NCBI GenBank assembly: GCA_963727625.1
Contig: CAVSHR010000014.1
Coordinates: forward strand, 1-64,000
Direction: 5' to 3'
From: an uncultured delta proteobacterium
GTDB taxonomy: Bacteria; Desulfobacterota; Binatia; UBA9968
DNA: 64,000 nucleotides
The first letter of the stretch is position 1. Each line of letters begins with the position of its first letter. The notes under the pieces are model-generated. The model did not search any database and had not been told where the DNA came from. It saw only the letters and a list, made by a program, of their open reading frames with translations. A program made the translations under genes and the position numbers. Positions 50,389 to 61,371 of this stretch are shown here, in pieces.

Positions 50389-50700
50389 ATGGTGCGGGCA
50401 CTCAAGAGGTTGGCAGTTGCGTTGGCCGTTCTGTTCTTTATGACCGGCTGCCAAGCCATGACCGGTCAGACCGTGGGCGAGAGCATGGACGATTCGGTTA
50501 TTACGAGCTCGGTGAAGACCCAACTCGCAACAGACAAAATTGCCACCCTGACGCGCGTGGAAGTTGAAACCAATAATGGGACTGTCTATCTGACCGGCCA
50601 AGTCCGGACCGCCGAAGAGAGGTCCCACATTGGGTCGCTTGCGCGCCAGGTAAAGGGCGTCAAACGGGTCGTCAATAACCTGCAAGTCATCAACCGTTAG
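50389..50700 (+). CDS. BON domain lipoprotein (OsmY-like)
   Basis: MTGC lipobox, DDSVITSSVK, GVKRVVNNLQV. Confidence 0.9.
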   Translation: MVRALKRLAVALAVLFFMTGCQAMTGQTVGESMDDSVITSSVKTQLATDKIATLTRVEVETNNGTVYLTGQVRTAEERSHIGSLARQVKGVKRVVNNLQVINR

Positions 50701-50745
50701 AGCAGACTGGATCAGCGTGAGCGTAACAAGAGAGAGGGTGAAGGC

Positions 50746-51045
50746 ATGAGAACCAACGGTGAATCGAAATTCTCCTACTTGCTTATCGGTCTGGGACTAG
50801 GGGCCATCGGCGGGCTGATGGCTGCGCTGCTCGCGCGCCAAGAAACGCGGGATCTGCTGCACGAACGCAGCAGTAAGACTCTCGATTATCTGAATCAGCA
50901 GGGGAAGAAGCTGCGCGAGACCGCCGAAGGAATCGTCGAAAAAGGCAAGGAACTCGTGACTCATCGCTGCTGCTCGGATGACGTGGATATGGATGCCGAA
51001 ACACAGGCCCACCAGGAAGACAAGCGAGAAACATCGGGAGGGTAG
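50746..51045 (+). CDS. YtxH domain protein
   Basis: LIGLGLGAIGGLMAALLA..ETR. Confidence 0.75.
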   Translation: MRTNGESKFSYLLIGLGLGAIGGLMAALLARQETRDLLHERSSKTLDYLNQQGKKLRETAEGIVEKGKELVTHRCCSDDVDMDAETQAHQEDKRETSGG

Positions 51046-51074
51046 GCCGGCCGGATTTTTTACGGGGAGGCTTT

Positions 51075-51302
51075 ATGAACAAATTCAGAAGGGTCGTCTG
51101 TGGGGCGGCAATCCTGGGTTTCATGTTGGTATCCAGCGGCTGTCCGTGGGGGTATCGCGACGGTGACCGTTGGTATGACAGGGGTGACACTCGCTCCGAC
51201 AGATATGATCGGGATCGAGATCGGGACCAAGACCGAGATCGGGATTGGACCAGGGATAGGGATGGCGACCGAGACAGTGGATACCCACGGCGGGACCGAT
51301 AG
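51075..51302 (+). CDS. Small lipoprotein with Arg-Asp repeat tail
   Basis: SSGC lipobox, (DR)n tract, RBS ggagg. Confidence 0.65.
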   Translation: MNKFRRVVCGAAILGFMLVSSGCPWGYRDGDRWYDRGDTRSDRYDRDRDRDQDRDRDWTRDRDGDRDSGYPRRDR

Positions 51303-51416
51303 GATCTGGCATGAAATCGCCCGCGAGCCGGAGAGGAGACTGCTGAAGAGGCGTGGGGGGAAGAGAAGGGTTGGAGGAGACCGTAGAGGGTGGATTTGTC
51401 GGAAAGGAGTTGGAAC

Positions 51417-51566
51417 ATGGTGTGGACGATTTTTGTGATTTTATTGATCATGTGGGCGCTGGGACTGGTCACTTCGTACACGATGGGAGGATTCATTCAT
51501 ATTTTATTGGTCCTCGCCGTGTTGATGCTGGTGATCAATCTGGTTCAGGGGCGAAGGGTCTGGTAG
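51417..51566 (+). CDS. lmo0937/DUF5670 family small membrane protein (49 aa, not in the ORF track)
   Basis: MVWTIFVILLIMWALGLVTSYTMGGFIHILLVLA...QGRR; RBS aagga. Confidence 0.85.
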   Translation: MVWTIFVILLIMWALGLVTSYTMGGFIHILLVLAVLMLVINLVQGRRVW

Positions 51567-51599
51567 CCGTTTTGGCTTCGTGACCAAGGAAGGGAATGT

Positions 51600-51827
51600 A
51601 TGAGTCTCAAACCGATAACGCTTGTGGGGATCGTTCTGATCGTACTGGGGATCGTAGCTTTCGCGTACCAGGGCATCACCTACACCAGCCGCGAGAAGGT
51701 TATCGACATTGGTCCGTTTCACGCCACCGCCGAGACCCAGAAGACCATCCCGCTTTCACCTCTGTTGGGCGGGTTGGCGCTGGTCGGTGGAATCGTGTTG
51801 GTCGTGGTCGGAGCCAAGAAGGCGTAG
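51600..51827 (+). CDS. DUF3185-like small membrane protein
   Basis: GIVLIVLG...YTSREKVIDIGP...IPLSP. Confidence 0.8.
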   Translation: MSLKPITLVGIVLIVLGIVAFAYQGITYTSREKVIDIGPFHATAETQKTIPLSPLLGGLALVGGIVLVVVGAKKA

Positions 51828-51869
51828 TTGAACTTGGGGGATTGTCCACCCAATTGGCGACAAGGATAC

Positions 51870-52646
51870 ATGCTGATGATTCAACGGACTCCTGGAGCCG
51901 ACCCGTTCAAAGAGCAACTGCGTGAGTCCTTGCAGCGCGAGGCGGTAAATTCCCGCGCCGTCACGATTGCCCGGCACGCCAACGTCTACAGCTGCGGCGA
52001 CCAAGACCAGACGGTCTACTTCATTGAGAGCGGCCAGATCAAACTGCTCATGCTCTCGCCCGAGGGTAAAGAATGCCTGCTCGCCATCCACAGCGCGGGA
52101 GATATTTTCGGCGAGTTATGTCTATCCGGCTCGGGCTCGCGACCGGAAACCGCCACCGCGATGGAAGAAACGGTTTTAAAGAAAATGCCATACGGCCAGT
52201 TTTTCGAACGCTTGAGCCGGGACGGGCTGCTTGAGGGGTTTGTCAGATACCTGGCCCTGCGCATCGCCGAGCAACAGCAGGTGATCGCCAATCTGGTGAC
52301 GGTGGACAGCGAGCAGCGCTTGGGTAAGACGCTGTTGCAGTTGGCGCGCACGCTGGGCAAGAGAGACCAACGGAGCACGCGCATCGAGCTGAAGATATCC
52401 CATGAAGAGTTGTCCGAGATGGTCGGCACGACGCGGCCGCGGATCAGTTTGTTTATGCAACGCTTTCGCAACCTCGGGTTGATGGCGAGCAACCTGGATC
52501 GCTTTCTGGTTGTTGATGAAAAGAAGCTCACCGATTATCTGGCTCGGATTGCCATCGCCCCCGGGCGGGTCTGCGCCCGTCGCAATACTTCTATTCAGAA
52601 TCGTTCAGAATTGGACAGAGATCTCTTGGGAGTCAGGGTAAGTTAA
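51870..52646 (+). CDS. Crp/Fnr family regulator
   Basis: GDIFGELC, HTH SHEELSEMVGTTRPRIS. Confidence 0.9.
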   Translation: MLMIQRTPGADPFKEQLRESLQREAVNSRAVTIARHANVYSCGDQDQTVYFIESGQIKLLMLSPEGKECLLAIHSAGDIFGELCLSGSGSRPETATAMEETVLKKMPYGQFFERLSRDGLLEGFVRYLALRIAEQQQVIANLVTVDSEQRLGKTLLQLARTLGKRDQRSTRIELKISHEELSEMVGTTRPRISLFMQRFRNLGLMASNLDRFLVVDEKKLTDYLARIAIAPGRVCARRNTSIQNRSELDRDLLGVRVS

Positions 52647-52669
52647 ATTGAATAAGGCGGTAACTTCCT

Positions 52670-52819
52670 ATGGGACTGATATTGTTGATCGTCTTACTTC
52701 TCCTGGTGTTTGGCGGTCTGCCCAACTGGGGATATCACTCCTATGGTTACGCTCCCTCGGGCATCCTGGGGACGATACTGATTATCGTCCTGATTCTGTT
52801 CTTGTTGGGCCGAATTTAA
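52670..52819 (+). CDS. DUF3309 family small membrane protein (49 aa, not in the ORF track)
   Basis: MGLILLIVLLLLVFGGLPNWGYHSYGYAPSG...LLGRI. Confidence 0.85.
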   Translation: MGLILLIVLLLLVFGGLPNWGYHSYGYAPSGILGTILIIVLILFLLGRI

Positions 52820-53010
52820 GGGTGCTCGGGGTCTCGTAGGGTCTAGTGGCGATACCCACAAAACATCGCCGCAAACCTCTACGAAGGGTGAACCGAAGGC
52901 TTGTTCAAACAAATCGAAATCCATGGACAGCGAGGTATAGCTTTCAACGGCAAGAGGAAAAATCGGTTCAGGTAGTAGCGGAGGTGTGGCATTTCAACTG
53001 GGAGACTCAG

Positions 53011-55032
53011 ATGAAGACATTAAAGCTCATTTTAGTGGCGCTGGCGGTATTTCTACTGCCCAGATACGCCCATGCATTGGATCTCGGTTCCGTGCGCATC
53101 AGCTATTTGGACGGCGAAGTCCAGATGAGGACAGCCGAGACGGGGGATGACTGGGTTCCTGCTGCTGTAAACACGCCTCTGATAGAAGGGGACGAGTTAT
53201 GGGTGCCGGAGGGAGGAAGGCTTGAATTCCAGCTCGAGACCGGGACCGCCGTAAGGCTGGACCAGAATTCTGCATTGCAGATCCTGACACTGGACAGGGC
53301 TTCTTCGCAGTTTTATCTGACCGAAGGACATGCCTACGTGGACCACAACTCGCCGCGCGGCAACCTGATCCAGATCGACACGCCGGTGGCGTCCCTGCGC
53401 GCCTATGACAGATCAATTTTTAGAGTAGATGTCCCTGACCAATATACCGATGTCTCGGTGTTCTCCGGTTCGGTGGACGCCGAAGGAAGGTATGGCAGGA
53501 CGCGGGTGAGCGCGGGACGGACCCTGACGCTCGGAGACGACAGAGACGCGGAACTCGCGCTGAACGGCCGAGCCGATGAGTGGGAAAACTGGAACAGGCA
53601 ACGGGATACGCGATTTGCCTCACGAGGAGACAGTTACCGCTACCTCCCCGATGAACTGCGGGTCTACGCCAGCGATTTGGATGATAATGGAAGGTGGGTG
53701 CAAGTACCGGAATACGGTTACGTATGGATTCTCAGAGCGGTTGCAGCGGACTGGGCGCCCTATCGGACGGGGAGATGGATGTGGCGAGGCGGAGATTATG
53801 TCTGGATATCCTATGAGTCCTGGGGCTGGACACCCTATCATTACGGCAGGTGGTCCCATGATCCCCGTATCGGATGGTTTTGGGTGCCGCCGCGGCGGGG
53901 CCAGGTCTACTGGGGGCCGGGATATGTCGGGTGGGTCAGGACGGCTAACTACGTCGCGTGGGTGCCGCTTGCACCGCGGGAGATCTACTATGGCTATGGC
54001 AATTACGGCCCAAACAGCGTGGACCTAAGAAAGCGCAATGTCAGGGAGATCAACATAACAAAAATCACTTATCGAAATGTCCGGGTGACCAATAGCGTGA
54101 CGGTCATCAACCATAATACCTTCGTGACCGGACGGCGCGAAGCGGTCAATGTGAGAGAGAACCCCTTCGTGACCGAGAAAGTAAACATCGGCCGGCCCGA
54201 TATAAAACCAGAAAGAGCGAGCTATGCCCCGGTGGTAAGGACGATCGAGCCTGCCAAGCGGCCGCCGCAGGAAGTCAACAGGATAGCGGTGAAAGAACTA
54301 AAGCAAGAACGGCAGTTGGTGAAAGAGCAGAATCGGTCCGTGATCCATAAGGGTCAGCCGGTAAAAGCCTTGGCCGTAAAGACCGTGGAGCAACCGAAGA
54401 GCCCAACGGAAAAAGTGCAGGAGCGCAAACAGAGGGGCACGAGTGCCGCACCAGGGGAACGCCCCCGCGTGAAGGGCGATGAAAAGTCTGCAAGCCCCAG
54501 CGCAGCCACTGAGACAAAGGAGACTACAGGCCGCGGACAGTCAAGCCGAGAGCCGGCGGTAAAGCAACCGGCCGGCGCTCGTGCAAAACCGCCAGAGCGC
54601 CAGCCTCAGCCGGAGAAGGGTAAGACCCAAAAAGCCGTGGAAAGCCCCAGAGCAAAGCCCGAGACAAGGGTCGAAAAGCCGGTGAAAGCCGAGGACAAGC
54701 AAAAACCAAAAGCACCTCAAGCAAAGCCCGAGTCCAGAGTGGAACCAAGGGCCAGGAAAGCCGCAGAGGCAAAACAAAAGCCTGGAGGAGCGCCAAGCAA
54801 AGCGCCCGCGATGATCGATAGGAAAGCCGAAAGGCCATCAGGCCCTGTAGAAAAGGCAAAGGCAGCGGCGGCTCCGGCCAAGGCCGCTGAGGCCAAGGGT
54901 GAAGTAAAGGGCGGCAAGCAGACTGTCGCAGAAAAGAATCAATCAAGGGAAGAAAAGAAGGCCACCAAAGATGGGCTGGAAGGCAAGGGAAAATCCGACG
55001 AGACAAAAGAAGAGAAGATCGAGAGAAGATAG
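53011..55032 (+). CDS. FecR + DUF6600 exported protein with a K/E/P-rich disordered tail
   Basis: Signal peptide, FecR-like N-domain, WAPYRTGRW / WGWTPYHYGRW / WVPLAP repeats. Confidence 0.85.
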   Translation: MKTLKLILVALAVFLLPRYAHALDLGSVRISYLDGEVQMRTAETGDDWVPAAVNTPLIEGDELWVPEGGRLEFQLETGTAVRLDQNSALQILTLDRASSQFYLTEGHAYVDHNSPRGNLIQIDTPVASLRAYDRSIFRVDVPDQYTDVSVFSGSVDAEGRYGRTRVSAGRTLTLGDDRDAELALNGRADEWENWNRQRDTRFASRGDSYRYLPDELRVYASDLDDNGRWVQVPEYGYVWILRAVAADWAPYRTGRWMWRGGDYVWISYESWGWTPYHYGRWSHDPRIGWFWVPPRRGQVYWGPGYVGWVRTANYVAWVPLAPREIYYGYGNYGPNSVDLRKRNVREINITKITYRNVRVTNSVTVINHNTFVTGRREAVNVRENPFVTEKVNIGRPDIKPERASYAPVVRTIEPAKRPPQEVNRIAVKELKQERQLVKEQNRSVIHKGQPVKALAVKTVEQPKSPTEKVQERKQRGTSAAPGERPRVKGDEKSASPSAATETKETTGRGQSSREPAVKQPAGARAKPPERQPQPEKGKTQKAVESPRAKPETRVEKPVKAEDKQKPKAPQAKPESRVEPRARKAAEAKQKPGGAPSKAPAMIDRKAERPSGPVEKAKAAAAPAKAAEAKGEVKGGKQTVAEKNQSREEKKATKDGLEGKGKSDETKEEKIERR

Positions 55033-55199
55033 AAAGCCGTGGAGGTTCCCGTGTGCGGAACTGGCAGGGCGCGCCGCTCGGCCCTCTGGAATATCATCGT
55101 GACTCCGATAATCCTTCGATGCGGAAACGGCCGGGGTGTCATTAAGCATAGCGCGGCGAATCGCGATCCGGAAGATCCCTCCCCTGTTTGGAACCAAAT

Positions 55200-56987
55200 A
55201 TGAGCGGCGACACCAAGCTCAAGAGCATGGGAGCCATTCCTCACTCAAAGGGAGTCGCCTTTCGGGTATGGGCACCCAATGCTCAGCGGGTTTCCGTCAT
55301 CGGTTCGTTCAACGACTGGGACGGCACCAAGCATCCCATGCAGGCTGAGGAGAACGGCCACTGGTACGTCGATGTAGCCGAGGCTAATGTCGACGATCCG
55401 TACCGTTATCTGCTGACCACGGCAACGGGCCCGTTCAAGCGCATCGACCCCTATGCCCGCGAGGTAACGAGTTCGGTCGGCAACGCCATCGTGCACGACC
55501 CGAGCTTCGACTGGGAGGACGACGACTTCCATATCGCGGCGCGCAGCGAGCTGGTTATCTACGAACTGCATGTCGGCACCTTCAACGACGAGGAGGACGA
55601 CAAGTTACCCGGCAAGTTCGCCTCGGTGTCGGCCCGTCTGCGACATCTGAAAAAGCTCGGCGTCAATGCCATCGAGATCATGCCGATAGCCCAGTTCGCC
55701 GGACTTCGCTCATGGGGTTACAACCCCGCGCATATCTTTTCGGTTGAGCTTGCTTACGGCGGCCCTTTGGCGTTCAAGAAGTTCGTCAAGCGCGCGCACC
55801 GGAATGGTATCGCGGTGATCCTCGACGTCGTCTACAACCACTTTGGCCCGGGGGATCTCGATCTTTGGCAGTTCGACGGCTGGTGCGAGAACGATCGCGG
55901 CGGGATTTACTTTTATAACGACGACCGGGCGAAGACACCGTGGGGAGAGACCCGTCCCGATTACGGACGCAGCGAGGTTCGACAATATATCTTCGACAAC
56001 ATTTTTATGTGGCTCGATGAATACCATGTCGACGGTCTGCGCTTCGACGGCGTCGGCTACATTCATTCTTTCCCCGGACCAGGCGGTCGAGATCTGCCCG
56101 AGGGGTGGGGCCTACTCCAATGGATCAACAGCAGGGTCGCCGAGAAATTTCCCGGTCGGATCACAATCGCCGAGGACCTGTTGAACAACAACTGGATTAC
56201 CAAGGACGTGGGGGCCGGCGGAGCTGGGTTCGACGCGCAGTGGGATGCCAACTTCGTCCACCCCATCCGCCAAGCGGTGATCACCTCCGAGGATGGACAA
56301 CGCTCCTTGAGCGCCATTCGCGATGCGCTCTGCTATCGCTATAACGACGATGTCTTTGAAAGGGTCATCTACAGCGAATCGCACGACGAGGTGGCAAACG
56401 GCAGGGCGCGCGTGCCTCAGGAGGTGAGCCCCGAGCATGCCAAAGGATGGTATTCTCAGAAGCGCTCGACGCTGGCTGCGGCCATGGTGTTCACCGCGCC
56501 GGGCATCCCCATGCTCTTCCAGGGCCAGGAATTCCTCGAAGGAAATTATTTCCGCGACACGGTCCCGGTCGATTGGGACCAACGCGACGAGTTCCACGGC
56601 ATCGTAAGGCTGTACCGCGACCTCATCCGGCTGCGGCTCAACCGCGACGGCTTTACCCGTGGTCTCTGCGGGCAGTTCACCCAGGTCTATCATTTGAATG
56701 ACGAACGCAAGCTTCTCGCCTACCACCGTTGGGACAAGGGCGGCCCGACGGACGACGTCGTGGTCGTCGCTAACTTTCTTAATGAGCCGCAGGATCAGTA
56801 CGTCATCGGCTTTCCGGCTGCAGGGAGCTGGAAGCTACGCTTCAACAGCGATTGGCAGGGTTACAGCGACAACTTCGAAGGCCATTGGAGCGGCAACGTG
56901 ATCGCCGAACCGGGCGAGTATGACGGCTTACCCTGCCACGCCGAGCTTTCCGTTGGTCCGTACAGCGTGCTGATTTTTTCGCAATGA
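55200..56987 (+). CDS. GH13 alpha-amylase family enzyme (GlgB/TreZ-like)
   Basis: FRVWAPNA, YELHVG, DVVYNH, DGLRFD, IAED, ESHDE. Confidence 0.9.
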   Translation: MSGDTKLKSMGAIPHSKGVAFRVWAPNAQRVSVIGSFNDWDGTKHPMQAEENGHWYVDVAEANVDDPYRYLLTTATGPFKRIDPYAREVTSSVGNAIVHDPSFDWEDDDFHIAARSELVIYELHVGTFNDEEDDKLPGKFASVSARLRHLKKLGVNAIEIMPIAQFAGLRSWGYNPAHIFSVELAYGGPLAFKKFVKRAHRNGIAVILDVVYNHFGPGDLDLWQFDGWCENDRGGIYFYNDDRAKTPWGETRPDYGRSEVRQYIFDNIFMWLDEYHVDGLRFDGVGYIHSFPGPGGRDLPEGWGLLQWINSRVAEKFPGRITIAEDLLNNNWITKDVGAGGAGFDAQWDANFVHPIRQAVITSEDGQRSLSAIRDALCYRYNDDVFERVIYSESHDEVANGRARVPQEVSPEHAKGWYSQKRSTLAAAMVFTAPGIPMLFQGQEFLEGNYFRDTVPVDWDQRDEFHGIVRLYRDLIRLRLNRDGFTRGLCGQFTQVYHLNDERKLLAYHRWDKGGPTDDVVVVANFLNEPQDQYVIGFPAAGSWKLRFNSDWQGYSDNFEGHWSGNVIAEPGEYDGLPCHAELSVGPYSVLIFSQ

Positions 56988-57145
56988 TCGAAGCAGCAGA
57001 GAGGTCCGATTATCTCAAACGACAAGATTGAATACGGTGTCAATGAATTGCTGCCGCCCTTCTGAAGCAGCTCTGCGAACGGGATGCTGCGGGAAGCGCC
57101 TTGAGACAGCCAAGGAAGGCGATCCGAGGTATTATTTGAAGAGCT

Positions 57146-57364
57146 ATGGTCAAGCAGAAAATCTTCCCAAAGACTCTCATCCTTTTGGTCGCTCTGTTCA
57201 GCCTTCCGGTGTTGCAAAGTTTTTCTCTGGCAGCAAGCGGCTTAATAGGTTCCGCCGCTCCCTTTTTTAGAGTTCAATCGGGCGATGGCAAGGAGCTGAG
57301 CTTAGCCATGATCAAGGCCAAGGTCGCCGCCATATTCTACCAGAACAAAGACATTGCGCTCTAG
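57146..57364 (+). pseudogene. Truncated exported thioredoxin-like/YtfJ-like fragment
   Basis: Signal peptide followed by GSAAPFFRVQSGDGKELSL; stops early. Confidence 0.4.
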
Positions 57365-57660
57365 CGGCGGTCGAGTTCTTGCCTAGCCGGCCAAGGCATC
57401 ATGGCGCAAAAACAGATGCAATGGCTTATTTGCCATCTCTTCGGTTTCTTGCCACCAAAATTGGTCAGATTTTGACCCAGTTCGATCTCCACGGCAGTCC
57501 ACGCACTCAAAACCGGTGCCGGCGTGCGTGAAGCCCAGAATTTTTCAAAAACCGTTCAATATTAGACTGAAACTATCTCAGCGCCCGCGTATTTTGGAAT
57601 GAAAAGACCGGCTCCGACCTCATCATCACGATGGGTAATGCCTGGTTCAGAGGAGAGCCG

Positions 57661-58092
57661 TTGAGATCAGAAAAAATACTGGTTGTCGAAGATTCTTTTG
57701 ATCTTCGCGAGATTCTCGGAAAACTTTTTGCATCCTTGGGATGGGATCCCATCCTTGCCGAGAGCGGCCGGAAAGCGTTGGAGAAACTCGAGCACGAAAC
57801 GCCGAAAATTATTCTCCTGGACATGCGGATGCCGGAAATGAACGGCTTCGAGCTCGCGAGAATCCTAAAAACACATCGTGTTTACAGGAACATACCGATA
57901 CTTGCTGCCACCGCGTTTCCCGACCACATCGCCAGGCGGCAGTGTCTTGCGGCCGGCTGCAATGATTTCATTTCTAAGCCTTTCTCGTTTGCCGCGCTCC
58001 AAGCGAGTCTTGCAAATCTAGTGTCCGGAGAAAGACCAAATATCGTTCCTGTTCCTTTAAGTGAAAGGCAGCAGCATGAAATTCAGTCATAA
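57661..58092 (+). CDS. Single-domain response regulator
   Basis: ILVVED, LLDMRMPEMNG, ISKP. Confidence 0.9.
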   Translation: MRSEKILVVEDSFDLREILGKLFASLGWDPILAESGRKALEKLEHETPKIILLDMRMPEMNGFELARILKTHRVYRNIPILAATAFPDHIARRQCLAAGCNDFISKPFSFAALQASLANLVSGERPNIVPVPLSERQQHEIQS

Positions 58093-58282
58093 CAGAAACA
58101 GAATCGATACCACCTTGGGAGAGCTCATAGCAACGATCAGCGATGTTGCCTTTGAATACTCCGATGACTCAGACGAGGCTTACCATCTTGCCTGTATGGT
58201 TTTGGCAGAGATTCTAAAAGACGCAGCGCTCAGGCGTCAGAACGCTGGCAGGCACTTTCCCAAGGTCGACTATCTGCATTAA
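58076..58282 (+). CDS. Small hypothetical protein
   Basis: TTLGELIATISDVAFEYS; ATG preceded by aagg. Confidence 0.55.
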   Translation: MKFSHNRNRIDTTLGELIATISDVAFEYSDDSDEAYHLACMVLAEILKDAALRRQNAGRHFPKVDYLH

Positions 58283-58654
58283 TTGCTTACAGAACGGGCT
58301 TCACCTAGTCGACCGTTTGGTCGAAAGTTCCGTCACTTTCGACGAGGTTTCTCCCGCTGCTTAGCCCGACGGGAAGAAAAGTATCCGAACAATTAGCTGT
58401 CTTCCTCACGAACAGTTGTGGCACAAGGCTTGCGCCTACTGGGCTTAGATAGTTGTTTCAGTGAAGCGATATGCGCCCAACTATTTTGATCGGCGTCATG
58501 ATTCTACTGACGATGGGCGGATTGTCATCCGGCCTCGCGGTCGGTCGTTGGATTACTCCCGCCGCGGGGAGATGGAATCGCAAACCGGCTTACTAACAAA
58601 TCAAATCTGGGAACGGCCCCAAAGGCGCCGAACTCCGAAATTGGGAGGTGCTTT

Positions 58655-58873
58655 ATGCCTTTAGTTCAACTCGTGGTGGTCTTGATCGTAGTCGGGGTTC
58701 TCCTCGGCATGGTTAATCGCTACATACCGATGGCAGGATCCATTAAGTCGATTTTGAACGGCGTTGTGGTGATCGGCGTAGTTCTGTGGCTACTGAATGT
58801 TTTTGGACTTTTCAGCTCCCTCTCCGCAATCCATGTGGGCAAATTGTCTTGGCTCGGTGGGATCGGCGCTTAG
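58655..58873 (+). CDS. Thivi_2564-like small membrane protein
   Basis: LIVVGVLL..VNRYIPM..SIKSILN. Confidence 0.8.
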   Translation: MPLVQLVVVLIVVGVLLGMVNRYIPMAGSIKSILNGVVVIGVVLWLLNVFGLFSSLSAIHVGKLSWLGGIGA

Positions 58874-58938
58874 TTGCAGTAATAAGGAGTCGCAATGGGT
58901 TTCCAACTGACCCGATGAGTATCCCATAATTTGAGATC

Positions 58939-61371
58939 ATGAGTGCAGGGATGTTGTATTGGTCGTTGATGTTTCTTCTGGTTGCTCTAAGCGCCGGGCT
59001 GCTGGTCGTTGCGCTCACCGCAACCGGCGCGCGAAAAATTTTGCCATGGCTCGCTCCGCACGCCCGCTGGGACTGGGCGACTTCTATTCCAATATGGTTC
59101 AGATCGATGCGCGAGAAAGCCCTGGCAGTCGCTCAAAGCTTCCACAGTGACCGATTAGGGAGGCTGCGTTGGCGAAGAGGCATCTTTAACCTGGTGATTG
59201 TCGCGCCGCCGATGATCGCTGCATTTCTGTCGATCGGATTTTATCACGTCTATTTTGACCGAAGCGATTTGCCCGACATAGAAGCGTTGGTTCGCTTTGA
59301 GTTGCCTACCATTGGCACGGTCTACGATGCCAAGGACGAGCCGCTCATCGAACTGGCGAAAGAGTACCGGAAGATTGTCAAGTATGAGGACATCCCGCCG
59401 ATTGTTCGCGATGCAATCATCGCGGCTGAAGACAAGGATTTCTTCGTCCATGGCGGCGTCAATTATGCGGTCATTCCTCGGGTGCTGGGGAAAGTCAGAA
59501 TTCGAGCTCTGGCGTCGCGTCTGATCGGATTGGGGGATCAAGACCCGGTGCTGTTTCCGCAAGGCGGATCGACGATCACCCAACAGCTCGTGCGAGGGTA
59601 TTTTCTCAAGAACTTGACGGCTCGAGAAAACAGCAGCCGGCTCCAGCATGGCGGAATTTTATCTAGCGCGCTGTCTTACCTAATCGGAGCGCGCAGCGTC
59701 AACATGCTGGTGCGCAAGCTCGAGGAGATTCGCCTCTCGTTGTGGCTCGAAAGCGAGATGCGAAAGCGCTTCGGCTCGAAACGCAAAGCCAAGGAAAAAA
59801 TTCTCGCCCTTTACGCCAGCTTCATTTACATGGGAAACAGCCGGTACGGGTTTGCAACGGCAGCGGAATATTATTTTGGCCGGCCGCTCGCCAGCTTCAC
59901 CGTCGATGATGCGGACAAGGCGGCGCTCCTCGCAGGCATTGCCAAGGCACCGCGCACCTACGCGCCCAACGCGACGGCAACGGCGAGAGTTCTGCGTCGG
60001 AGAAATCAAACTCTGGCGCTTATGGCGGCGAACGGGTTCATTTCCCGGGACAATGTGAATTCAGCCGAGCAGCGTCCGATTCAAGTGATCGCGGGCGGCA
60101 AAGACAAAATGATTCAGGCGCCCGCGGTCCTTGGAACCATTGTTCAGGAGCTGAAGCGACGCGGCAACCTAAGCCTTGACGACTTTCGGCAGGGACGAGT
60201 CCAGGTTTACTCCACGGTGGAAGCCAGAGTGCAGCAACTTGCCAACTCGGCGCTGGAACATGGACTTGAACTTTACGAGCAGCGACACCCGAGCGCCAAA
60301 GGAATTGTCCAGGGTTCTGTCGTCGTGCTGCGGAACCGTGACGCCGGTATCCTCGCCGAGACGGGCGGTCGCCAGTTCTACCAGGACCGCTCAGCGGCAT
60401 ATAGCGACTTTAACCGTGTCACCAAGTCGGTGCGACAACCTGGGTCAACGATGAAACCGATGGTCTATCTCGCTGCCTTTCGGCAGGGAAATTTTGACCT
60501 TGAAACGGTCGTTCCCGACGAACCGATCGGCGTTCCGGACGGAGCGCAGCAGAGCACGAAATGGATCTCGAACTACGATGATCAATTCAAAGGCATGATT
60601 CCGCTGCGCGAGGCGCTCGCAGAATCGAGAAACGCCGTCGCGGTCTGGCTCACCGGGCAGATTGGGATTGGCAGCGTTCTACGGACTTCGCATGCTTTAG
60701 GGATCCAGTCGCGGTTGCAACCCTACGCGACGACGGCATTGGGCGCCTCTGAAGTGAATTTGCTGGAGCTGGCCAATGCGTACCGTACCATGGCCTCGGG
60801 GATTTTGGTCGAGCCGACCGTGATTCGAAAAATCGTCCGAGATTCGGCCGAGGTGAAGGCCGAGAACGAGATGGGGCGACCTGCGGTGGATGTCAATGAC
60901 TCCGCGCTCGCGCTTATTCAGGAAGGCCTGCGCAGTGTCGTGCGCATTCCCAGCGGCACGGCTCATGCGCTTGACTCCAGCGTTTTCCCGATCGCGGTCA
61001 TGGGCAAGACAGGGACGACAAACGAGTTCAGAGACGCGCTGTTTGTGGGGTCGACCTACGGCCCCGAAGGAATAACCATCGCCGTTCGTATAGGCTTCGA
61101 CGACAACCGTTCGCTCGGGCCCCAGGAAACCGGTGGTCGGGTTGCGCTGCCGGTGTTCAAGGACCTCATGCTCAGAGTTTACCGCGAAAAGCTGGTCGGC
61201 GCTGCGCCGAAGTTTCCGGCGCAAATGGAGGAGAATATCGATGAGTACCTCGCGGGCGGCTCGGTGGCGAACGGAGAATCCGTGAGCGCAACCGAAAACC
61301 CATCAAATGCATTGCTACCGCTTTCGGTGGGCTTCACGGATCGTAGCGAGCCGTCTCAAGAACGGCCGTAG
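58939..61371 (+). CDS. Class A penicillin-binding protein (PBP1A-like)
   Basis: AEDKDF, GGSTITQQ, STMK (SxxK), SRN, KTG. Confidence 0.9.
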   Translation: MSAGMLYWSLMFLLVALSAGLLVVALTATGARKILPWLAPHARWDWATSIPIWFRSMREKALAVAQSFHSDRLGRLRWRRGIFNLVIVAPPMIAAFLSIGFYHVYFDRSDLPDIEALVRFELPTIGTVYDAKDEPLIELAKEYRKIVKYEDIPPIVRDAIIAAEDKDFFVHGGVNYAVIPRVLGKVRIRALASRLIGLGDQDPVLFPQGGSTITQQLVRGYFLKNLTARENSSRLQHGGILSSALSYLIGARSVNMLVRKLEEIRLSLWLESEMRKRFGSKRKAKEKILALYASFIYMGNSRYGFATAAEYYFGRPLASFTVDDADKAALLAGIAKAPRTYAPNATATARVLRRRNQTLALMAANGFISRDNVNSAEQRPIQVIAGGKDKMIQAPAVLGTIVQELKRRGNLSLDDFRQGRVQVYSTVEARVQQLANSALEHGLELYEQRHPSAKGIVQGSVVVLRNRDAGILAETGGRQFYQDRSAAYSDFNRVTKSVRQPGSTMKPMVYLAAFRQGNFDLETVVPDEPIGVPDGAQQSTKWISNYDDQFKGMIPLREALAESRNAVAVWLTGQIGIGSVLRTSHALGIQSRLQPYATTALGASEVNLLELANAYRTMASGILVEPTVIRKIVRDSAEVKAENEMGRPAVDVNDSALALIQEGLRSVVRIPSGTAHALDSSVFPIAVMGKTGTTNEFRDALFVGSTYGPEGITIAVRIGFDDNRSLGPQETGGRVALPVFKDLMLRVYREKLVGAAPKFPAQMEENIDEYLAGGSVANGESVSATENPSNALLPLSVGFTDRSEPSQERP

